Positions 54,308-64,000 of a DNA stretch of 64,000 nt are shown in pieces. Position 1 is the stretch's first letter. Each line of letters starts with the position of its first letter. The notes under the pieces are model-generated. The model was given only the letters and a program-made list of their open reading frames with translations. It was not told the DNA's origin and searched no databases. The translations under genes were made by a program, and so were the position numbers. Location of the stretch: the NCBI GenBank assembly GCA_009103225.1, contig RHPI01003642.1, positions 1-64,000 on the forward strand, given 5' to 3'. The DNA comes from Chlorokybus atmophyticus (taxonomy: Eukaryota > Plantae > Mesostigma and Chlorokybus algae).

Positions 54308-55314
54308 TGCCTTCACACGTAGGCCGTGACAACCGATCTTGTAGACCATCAGACAGTGAACATCGTTGTGGATACTTTGATAACTGTACCGACGCCTTGG
54401 ACACACAAACGCAAATCAACACGCTAAACCATCCCTAACACATTGGCATGCATGTGACTGCCACTATGTGTTCAAGGGTGAAGGCAAGTAGTTGCATGGT
54501 AACTGTTGTTGAATGGGAGAGACGGCAACAGTGCAGTGAGTAAGCTTTGCATCAACGCTGTTAGTTGTGCAGCAACGTCTACCTGTAAGAAGCTGCAACT
54601 TAGGTTCACTTGCCATAAGCAGACAAAGAAGCACTGAGATATGTAGATACGTGGCATGTGCAGCGAAAACATGAAACAGACCATGCTCCGTATGTACAGA
54701 CGGAAAGCTGCAATTTAGTGTACTTATCATATTTATCATAAACAGACAGAAAAACAATTGTATATATCGACGTATACATGGCATGTGCAGCAAGAATAAG
54801 AAAAACCACTTTTATTGCGTGTAGTGTGCAACATTACACATACAATGTATCACAAGACCTGACCTGGTACATTGCATGTCGAATGTTACACCGTCTTGCC
54901 CCAAGCAGGCCTTGTGACCATGACAATAATAAAGGCATGATGTCAACTTACTTTGTATACAATGCATCTCCTCATACTCACCAACATCAGCTTTATCAAG
55001 TTAGTGCCCACTAATGCGCAGTGGCGACACAGCAAGCTTGCGCAGCACCGAAAACCCTTGAATCTGTGACATGTAGATGCAAACAAGCAGACACAGCAAC
55101 ACAACATCAATACACCTTCGTAGAATAGCAGAAGGTGTCTCAACCACTTATTGCCATAACAATCAGTCCTACTGTACAGCATATTCTACTCATGTATGGT
55201 CACATGTTCGACGTATAACACAAAGCCGAAGCTGGCTACTTCATGGACCAACAACGGGACGCGCGCAGCAAACAACTACTTATGAACACCAGCACAACCA
55301 TAGGGGGCCATCAC

Positions 55315-57687
55315 TCAATGCATTGGCTTGCGGAAAGACAGCGTCTTGGACACCTGCAATGATGATGATGTGTGAGGTTCGACACACTCGAAGTACACAG
55401 TGACAAACAACTAAGTGTAAAAACCGCTTGCAGCTGCATTGACTTACCCATTCCAAGTGTTTTTCCCCGCACTCAAACCCAGCCTCCTTGAAGAGCTTGC
55501 CCAGATCAGTCTGTGTGTAGTTCAGATGGTGGGGCTCATTAAAATTGTCAGCGAACCACGCATTGGCCATCTTCAGCATGTGCACGCGGTCACCCTCTTG
55601 CAGCGCGTCTGTGATCACCACAAGACCGCCGGGCTTGACAACTCGGAACATCTCCTTCACGGCAGCGCGGTGAGCCTCAGCAGGAATCTCATGGAAGAGA
55701 TAGATGTTTGTGATCACGTCGTATGAGTTGTCGGGGAACGGGAGCTTCTCTGCAGGCGCTTGCACATAATCGGACTTGCCCCTATCCTCATTGTTGGTAA
55801 AGCTAGCCCAGTACTTCATGTTGTCACGAGCTTTCTCAAGGTAGTAAGCGCTCAGGTCCAATGCAGTAACTAACATGTCCGGGTAATTGTCCCGGGCAAA
55901 GGTCAGGAATCGGCCTGTACCACAAATTGAATGTTAAAAGCCACACCTTGTGTCACAAGCCATGCCAATTTGACATTAAATCTGACTAAAGGCAACAACC
56001 AGCGACAGATACACCCGTCAGCAAGCATGCAAGAGACACACACAGACTTCACACACCTGTTCCGCAGGCAACATCCAGCAACTTCATTTTGCCCGGAACC
56101 ATGCGCTCCTCCTTGATGTAGTTGGTCACAGGTATCAGTGTGTGGCGTTGCATAGAATCCTGCATCCCAGCGAACACCAATTCTGTCTGGTACTCGTAGG
56201 CTGCTGCGGAGTCTGAGGAGAACCACCCGTCCGGCTGGAAGTGGAAGTTCTGTGCACACGGGAATATGAGCAACACAGCATACAGTGACAGGGTGCTGCT
56301 GCAACTACAGCAAGGCATTGCATATACACTCACGTGTAGGTAGTAGTCTGGGTACAGATTGCTGTCAATCCAAAGGTCCTTGCGCTTCTTGCTCTGCATA
56401 ATGCGGTTGGCGCCAACTGCACTGGAAACAAGGCGCGCGATGTTGCGCACTACAAAGAGGGGGTTGAGCTGACGATGTCTCAGGTTCATGTCCCAAGGAA
56501 GCCTGCATAAGCAACAATGTCACACCCGAGCAAGGGAATTGCTCGGCATACACACGACTGCAGCATTGAGTGTACATGCAAGTGTTGGCAAGGACACAAT
56601 AGACCCGCGCTTGCAGTGACATAGCACAACTTACTTGTAATAGCCAGCCTTGATGTTCGCATAGTCCTGCTTGAAGAGCTGAAGAGCATGCGTGATGCCA
56701 TACCGGTAGTCATAATCCCTGCCGGTGATTTGGGAACCGACCAGGTACTGGCTGATAAAGAAAAGCGTGCGCGCTGAATGATAAGCCCAGTACTATGTAG
56801 GACGCGACAAATAGTGATGTAAGTATGTCGCCAACCGTGTGTTGGACTTAGCAGACTTATGTAGAAGCAAGAAGCTTACGCTTTGCGGCACAAGTAGAAC
56901 TTACCAGCCGTCCTGTCCAATCGGATGTCCTAACCAAATCAGCAAGCTCGCGCTGCACATCCCCAGCCCGCTCAATGTCGGCCTTGAAGTCTTTCCAATA
57001 CGCGACAGACGGAAACTCCTTGAATGAGTGTGTGTCGTCCATGCTGCTGAACTGTTCAGGCGCTGCAGCCACCTGCAGACAGTGCACAAAGTTGCAAAAA
57101 TTCAGGACACCAAGCCACGTCCGTGTGACAGCAAGCCAACGGTAGCGATCTGCACGCCTGCCGACTAGCAGTCCCTCCCCCCCCCCCCTGCCCCCATCAC
57201 CACGACCGCAAGCAAAGGAACCCAAAGTGACTACGATTGAGTTCAAGCGGTAGCAGTCAAGACTCTTGCCTTGGGGACCACGACAAGGTTCGCAGTTCCA
57301 GCAGTGGTTTGCAGTGTGGCCAACAGCTTCCCGTTGTCCAACTCCCTTGACCGCTCAGAAAGCGGGATGTCTGACATTGGCCTCGAGGGCGTCTGGACGG
57401 CAACTGTCGCCAGCCATCGCCTTGCAGGCACAGAGGCTGCTCTCTTGCCACTGAACCGAGACACCTGCGCAAACGCACGCAGTCATGCAACGAGCATAGC
57501 TGCAAATTTGCACTTGAGCTGAGCACCAATAATGTGTGTCTGGTGTTAGGAAGATGGTTTGGTAGTTGGAGACGCGAGCAGAATTGTTGCAACTAACCAG
57601 CTGCAGCTGGCGCTGGTGTGGTCGCTGGATGCATGTTGCCCGTGCAACAAGTAGGCAAGCCCGAGGCGCCGCCACTGTGCTTGCCAT
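55315..57687 (-). CDS. Class I SAM methyltransferase (UbiE-like, cyanobacterial type) with a transit-peptide-like N-terminus, 8 exons
   Basis: YPDYYLH|NFHFQPDGWFSSDSAAAYEYQTELVF; LLDVACGTG|RFL; VTALDLSAYYLEKAR; AEKLPFPDNSYD; YLFHEIP; FNEPH. Second intron is GC-AG. Confidence 0.88.
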
Positions 57688-58894
57688 GCTTGAGACACCG
57701 CCTGCTGGGGCAGCAGCAGCAGCAAGAGTTTAGCGTTGACAAGCAAGACAGTCTAGTCTGCGATCCCAGTCAGCCGGACACCAAAAATTGAGGCAAAATC
57801 TTGTACTGAAAGTGGACTTTTGTCAAACCTACCACATTCTAGCATGCCAGTGCGGTGCGGAGCACTGTGATGAAAGTTGTCACATGCATGTCGCATACTC
57901 TGCATGCTGCGGCAGCGACGTTGCGCAAACGGCACAAGCTACGACGTGCTTGCAGACCGGAACCACAACAGTAACGACTACAGCAATGTACGTAGGAGGT
58001 GCTCACAACCGCCTACGTCTGCCAGCTGGGAGCATGCAAGTCTCTTAAGGTTAAACATGCACCACCCCAACCTGAGGTTTTCACGCCGCAGCGCCTCCTC
58101 TCAAGCTCAGGACGATGCTACCGCCTGCTAGTGCAACAGGCAAGTGCCAGCGCAGCGAGTCTGCCTGAGCCTACCTGACCCCACGTCACCACTGGCTCTT
58201 GCTGCCCGAGGCTCACTCTGCTTACACCAACTTCGGACAAAAGTGGTGTGCTTAATCAAGCAGTTGTGAGAGAGATCTACCCGTCGATGTGGCGCTGCTG
58301 AACGGCCGAAGTGGCGGCCACGCTGTGCGCTGGGCGAGTGGTGGCAAGCGTGGGATATCGGACGTACGGAATCTGATCAGTAGGTAGGCCTAGCCTAGTG
58401 TGCCCATTGGAAGACGCCAGTCTCACGTGGCACTGTCGCCGCCGTCGCTGACGTCTGACTGCACAGTATCACTGTCGCACAAGCGTAAGCGTGACGCTGC
58501 AAATGGCGAAGTCGGTCACAAGTTGTGACCAAGTCGCCAGTTGTGACTCGCAACTAGATTGCTGGTTGAAACTTGAAGTTCAACCCCGCTTCAGAATGCT
58601 GGAGGATTACCTAGGCATATAAGTATAAACGTCTATAAAACATGCATTAACGTCTACTGACATACCTATAGCCAACGACGGTCTGGACGCTTATGCTTGG
58701 CGATACGCATAAAGGTTTGGGCGTATGCATGACACATGCATTATTAAAGAATTCATTGCTTTACACACATGTGAAAATATAATTGCTTGTTGATTCATAT
58801 TCTTTGTACTTCATGATTATTCCACGAAAGGCCCCGAACACCCTGCTTGCGACACCTCGGAGCACGGCTTCAATGTCATCATGATGTACAGTCC

Positions 58895-59402
58895 TGTAAC
58901 AATTGGGGCCTGACCACTAGGCCATGGTAGTAAAAGACACTACCATGAGTGAGGTCTGTCACAATAAATCCCAATTCGTGACTTTCCTCCCCAATTTATC
59001 CCGTGAGTTCCTCATAATCCAATGAGGCACTAGCCCACATCACCGTGTTCGCGGCCGTACCACGATTGGCCTGCCCGCGGCCTGTTGGATCCGGCCCACG
59101 AACGGTCCTGACCGATCGAACGGCCATCCTCACCACGCGACCTGCCATCGCAGCGCGACCGCTCACGCGGCCTTATGTTGATCTGGCTCGGCACGCAGGT
59201 TGTGATCCCGCGCCCAGCCTAGGGCAAGCCGCCCCAAATGTTTTTGTTTTTGCCTTGGATCTGCCTCAGTCCCCTACGGAAATTGAACATGAGACGTCAA
59301 GCTCCTTTACCATTGTAACAATTGGGGCCCGACCACTAGGCTATGGTAGTAAAAGACACTACCATGAGTGAGGTCTGTCACAACTTATCCCAATTCGTGA
59401 CA
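58895..59402 (-). mobile_element. TRIM-like non-autonomous LTR retrotransposon (89-bp LTRs, 330-bp internal region)
   Basis: Direct repeats 58895-58983 and 59314-59402 (83/89 identical). On the minus strand, PBS-like ATGGTAAAGGAGC follows the 5-prime LTR and PPT GGGGAGGAA precedes the 3-prime LTR. No 4-6 bp TSD. Confidence 0.7.
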
Positions 59403-59871
59403 TCCGGTATGAAGGGTGTGAAATTGTATTCACAAAACCAACCCTTGAGAGGCAGTCCGGTGGCAACATCGGCTGCCGTTACCGCCGGTCAGTGCGGTGA
59501 GGCCGCCAGAGTTACTTCGTGCTGCCGATATCAAACTCACAACTCACAACTCGCTGATATCAACCTGTAGGGTTGATTCAACGAGATTTTCGCACCCTGT
59601 GTGTCAATTTCAATTGTGGGTTGAGCTGAGTTGTACAAAGTGAAAACTTTGACAAGTTGTATCTTGTGAATCGCCGCGTGGATTCACGTGCGGTTTGTTT
59701 GAGAGTGAGTGTCTAGTTGAAAGGTGTGTGGAGAGCTCTTATTTGAGCTGAATACTCCACGTTAAGCACTTGAAACTTGACAAGACAAAAACTATAAATT
59801 CTGACACTTTTGCAGTGCACAACTTGCGTGTTTGTGCACTTCTACTATTGACGGCTTGTATTCTTGGGCAG

Positions 59872-62328
59872 ATGTCTGACTCAGGAGGGGATGATGTGGA
59901 GTAGTCCACATCATATGAGCCATCGAGTGAAGAGGAAGTGAACTACTCTGACACGAGTGAAAGCTATAAGCTTACTGACAGTGAGAAGGAAGGAGCTAAG
60001 CAAGACAGCGAAGCTTCTCCCAACCAGTCTTCTCACAGTGAACCAGCTGCAGTGGACACACAGAGTGTCATTGGCGGGGCCATTGAGAAGTATGCCTCAG
60101 AGCGTAAAGCTCTACTTGCTGCCCACCCTCAGCTTTGTCAGGAAACGTGGGATGCATGGGCGCAGACGGTTCGTGATGGCTATGAGACAGACTTTGCCAC
60201 ACTCCCTGGTGCAAGCAAGGAGATGGTGATCCGCATGCTCGAACTTGAGCTGACGAACAACATCCCGCCACTCGTGCGAGGTAATCCAAAGGTGGCTGCT
60301 ATCATGACCGTATATGATAAACCTCTCCCTTACCAAGGCAAGCGAATGGCGTTTGAGGCTTTGGCCAACTTGGGAGTGGAAACCTCACAGCGTTGCAAGA
60401 ACGTGTTCTGATACTTGGGACCTAACTTGGAAGACAATTTGACTGGCTGAGTGCAGTTGACGGCACGCCTCGATGCTATGCAGTCTGAGTTGGTGGCGCT
60501 GCACCAACAGGTTGCGGGTGCTACTTCAGCAGTCGGTGCATCAGCGGGGCTGCCGGTTACAGCGCTGAACAAGCTAGAGAAGTTCAAGCCCAACGGCAGT
60601 GTCAGCATCCATGATTGGGTGGTCACTGTCGAGCACTACATGACGGCACTCAAGCGCCCGGTTAATGAGCGCATTGCTGTTGCTGAGTTGCTCATGCCAT
60701 CTGATGCTCTCGCCGAATGGGCGAGGCAGACAGAAGATGGTGCTGCCAAGACAGTGGAGGCACTTTTTTAGTTCATGATGGAACGCTATATGGTGGCATG
60801 GACCCGGCTACTCAGGCTCGCAACAAGCTCAGCAAGTTGCGCCAGAATGGTCGGGCGGCCTCAGCCTATCTGCAGAAGTTTCAGGCATTGGTGGGTCGTG
60901 CAAACAGCGGCCTCATGCCCATGGACAAGGCCGAGCAATTTAAGTTCAACTTAAATGTACAAGTTGTACAAGCGCGGCTTAGATGCGCGTGTGCGTGATC
61001 AGCTGCAGTACAACACGGCAACGGAACTTTCTTGGGTTCCAGAGGACTTGGCCAAGCTGCAGAAGCTGAGCGTGTACCTGTACAATGATGACACGGCGGT
61101 GCAGGACAAGTCACATGTGGCAGTTTCGACCAAGCCGCCGGGGGAAGGAGAAAAGCGTTTCTCTCATCCGAGTGCACACATGGCAAAGAAGGCGAAAATA
61201 TTTGGTGCGTCTACCAGTGGCGCACCTGCTAGTGGTGCCATGCCTGCTGCTGCTCGCACCTGTTACGTCTGTTATCAGCCTGGCCACATCGCAAAGAACT
61301 GCCCAACCAAGGGGAAGGGCAAGGCCAAGAAGGTTGAATAGGATTACGCCGTGACTGATGTAGGATTGGTTGATAACCAGTTGCTTGTACTAAAAGCAAA
61401 TTGGTTTAGTGAGCTGTCCCAAGTGCATGTGATGACGCATGCATGGCAAGCACATAGCAGGTTGCCCCTTTTTGATGTTGAACAGGTGGAAGAGAATACT
61501 TGTGTTGTGGTACATGTGGAGTTCAACGTGCTTACCGATGTGTTGCACACTTTGACTGAGTTGCAAAGTAAGCACAGAACCTTAGGTGTGGTAGTGATGG
61601 TGCCTAAATATCATGGCCCATGGTTGAAACACACTCGAGGGGGAACTGTGTTGAAGCAGTTTAGCAAGCGTGAAACAGGGACAGTGCGATTGTCATCAAT
61701 TTTACTCAACCCTCGCATTAGTCACGGACTCTTTGCTACTTTTCAAGGACGGGTTGTACCTCTGTTGTGGACATTCAGTGGCACAATGCAAGGGATAACC
61801 AGTTCGTTCTTGATTGACACTGGTGCAACACACAACTTTTTTAAGGAACGATGGGTTATGCGCAATAAGATAGCGTGTAAACCCTCAGCATTTTCAGCTG
61901 CCGGTGCTGAGGGTACGTTGCTAGTGAAAGGAGAAGTTAAAATGACGGTATAGATTGGTAGTGTCGTGCCTGTTATGGTCGAGGGCAACCTTGTCTCGGA
62001 CAGGCTGCGGAGGAGTGCTAGTGCTGCACGCATGCTAGTGCCGTGCACTGCATTGGAGTCATGCAAACAAAAGACAACCCCCCAATCGTGGGCATAGGCT
62101 TGAAGATGGGCCTACGCGATGTTTAGTGTAGTGGACGAGCCGATGCCGCTCGCCACCTTTGTGTACAGACTGTGCCGTAGTGCACACAGTCAACAAGCCA
62201 CTACGATAGGTAGTGCTGTGGACACAGTTCTTTGCATGAGTGGATAGAATGATACACTGTTAAGTGAGGTGAATGAGTGTGCAACACGTGGATACAACAC
62301 CCTGACTACTGAAACAACACACCACCGA
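59872..62328 (+). mobile_element. Decayed Ty3/gypsy gag-(extra domain)-protease region, cut at an N
   Basis: Retrotrans_gag-like QARNKLSKLRQNGRAASAYLQKFQAL; zinc knuckle CYVCYQPGHIAKNC (61261-61302); aspartic protease FLIDTGATHNF (61816). Six in-frame stops and two frameshifts; no RT, RNase H or integrase in view. Confidence 0.85.
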
Positions 62329-62329
62329 N

Positions 62330-64000
62330 GGCGCTGCAGCCACCTGCAGACAGTGCACAAAGTTGCAAAAATTCAGGACACCAAGCCACGTCCGTGTGAC
62401 AGCAAGCCAACGGTAGCGATCTGCACGCCTGCCGACTAGCAGTCCCTCCCCCCCCCCCCTGCCCCCATCACCACGACCGCAAGCAAAGGAACCCAAAGTG
62501 ACTACGATTGAGTTCAAGCGGTAGCAGTCAAGACTCTTGCCTTGGGGACCACGACAAGGTTCGCAGTTCCAGCAGTGGTTTGCAGTGTGGCCAACAGCTT
62601 CCCGTTGTCCAACTCCCTTGACCGCTCAGAAAGCGGGATGTCTGACATTGGCCTCGAGGGCGTCTGGACGGCAACTGTCGCCAGCCATCGCCTTGCAGGC
62701 ACAGAGGCTGCTCTCTTGCCACTGAACCGAGACACCTGCGCAAACGCACGCAGTCATGCAACGAGCATAGCTGCAAATTTGCACTTGAGCTGAGCACCAA
62801 TAATGTGTGTCTGGTGTTAGGAAGATGGTTTGGTAGTTGGAGACGCGAGCAGAATTGTTGCAACTAACCAGCTGCAGCTGGCGCTGGTGTGGTCGCTGGA
62901 TGCATGTTGCCCGTGCAACAAGTAGGCAAGCCCGAGGCGCCGCCACTGTGCTTGCCATGCTTGAGACACCGCCTGCTGGGGCAGCAGCAGCAGCAAGAGT
63001 TTAGCGTTGACAAGCAAGACAGTCTAGTCTGCGATCCCAGTCAGCCGGACACCAAAAATTGAGGCAAAATCTTGTACTGAAAGTGGACTTTTGTCAAACC
63101 TACCACATTCTAGCATGCCAGTGCGGTGCGGAGCACTGTGATGAAAGTTGTCACATGCATGTCGCATACTCTGCATGCTGCGGCAGCGACGTTGCGCAAA
63201 CGGCACAAGCTACGACGTGCTTGCAGACCGGAACCACAACAGTAACGACTACAGCAATGTACGTAGGAGGTGCTCACAACCGCCTACGTCTGCCAGCTGG
63301 GAGCATGCAAGTCTCTTAAGGTTAAACATGCACCACCCCAACCTGAGGTTTTCACGCCGCAGCGCCTCCTCTCAAGCTCAGGACGATGCTACCGCCTGCT
63401 AGTGCAACAGGCAAGTGCCAGCGCAGCGAGTCTGCCTGAGCCTACCTGACCCCACGTCACCACTGGCTCTTGCTGCCCGAGGCTCACTCTGCTTACACCA
63501 ACTTCGGACAAAAGTGGTGTGCTTAATCAAGCAGTTGTGAGAGAGATCTACCCGTCGATGTGGCGCTGCTGAACGGCCGAAGTGGCGGCCACGCTGTGCG
63601 CTGGGCGAGTGGTGGCAAGCGTGGGATATCGGACGTACGGAATCTGATCAGTAGGTAGGCCTAGCCTAGTGTGCCCATTGGAAGACGCCAGTCTCACGTG
63701 GCACTGTCGCCGCCGTCGCTGACGTCTGACTGCACAGTATCACTGTCGCACAAGCGTAAGCGTGACGCTGCAAATGGCGAAGTCGGTCACAAGTTGTGAC
63801 CAAGTCGCCAGTTGTGACTCGCAACTAGATTGCTGGTTGAAACTTGAAGTTCAACCCCGCTTCAGAATGCTGGAGGATTACCTAGGCATATAAGTATAAA
63901 CGTCTATAAAACATGCATTAACGTCTACTGACATACCTATAGCCAACGACGGTCTGGACGCTTATGCTTGGCGATACGCATAAAGGTTTGGGCGTATGCA
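62330..64000. repeat. Direct copy of 57059-58729 (offset 5271): promoter, exons 1-2 and the start of exon 3 of the methyltransferase gene
   Basis: No differences seen by eye; identical ORFs recur at +5271; the copy begins immediately after the single N at 62329. Confidence 0.95.

Noticed and set aside
24355-57687. Biosynthetic gene cluster (HOL methyltransferase, SWEET, SnoaL-like, P450, second methyltransferase)
   Set aside because: These genes are interleaved with housekeeping genes (YKT6, RPN12, SFC1, KAP3), there is no scaffold-forming enzyme, and the products appear to go to different compartments.
5844-57687. Non-standard code (TAA/TAG read as Gln, as in some ulvophytes)
   Set aside because: Conserved genes have no internal TAR codons, and HOL ends in TAA while SFC1, SWEET, L28 and KAP3 end in TAG at plausible positions.
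61339-61341. Programmed gag-pol readthrough at the TAG after the zinc knuckle
   Set aside because: The element has five other in-frame stops and two frameshifts, so this TAG is as easily a decay mutation. Sister copies are needed to decide.

Overview
Eukaryotic, intron-rich, GC-rich nuclear sequence read with the standard genetic code. Gene content (UDP-sugar pyrophosphorylase, SWEET, HOL-type methyltransferase, plant-like SFC1, CYP711-like P450, flagellar KAP3) points to a flagellate green-lineage alga; this is inference and the species cannot be fixed from the sequence. The ORF track is mostly noise because genes are split, so I traced exons by hand through GT/GC-AG junctions; coordinates are approximate gene spans. 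Bases 5.8-57.7 kb hold 17 protein-coding genes in almost strictly alternating orientation, forming seven head-to-head pairs. Both ends are transposon-rich. Left (1-5.7 kb): a tRNA-derived box A/B element, an LTR, DNA-transposon-like termini and palindromic scars. Right (58.9-62.3 kb): a 508-bp TRIM-like mini-retrotransposon with 89-bp LTRs, then a decayed Ty3/gypsy gag-protease region with an extra domain between the zinc knuckle and protease that resembles a degenerate N6-adenine methyltransferase fold. The last 1.67 kb repeats 57059-58729 and starts right after a single N, so it may be an assembly artefact. Other unexplained signals are a dispersed 160-210 bp repeat found only in 3-prime intergenic zones and five GC-AG introns. 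No CRISPR array, rRNA gene or intact tRNA gene was found.
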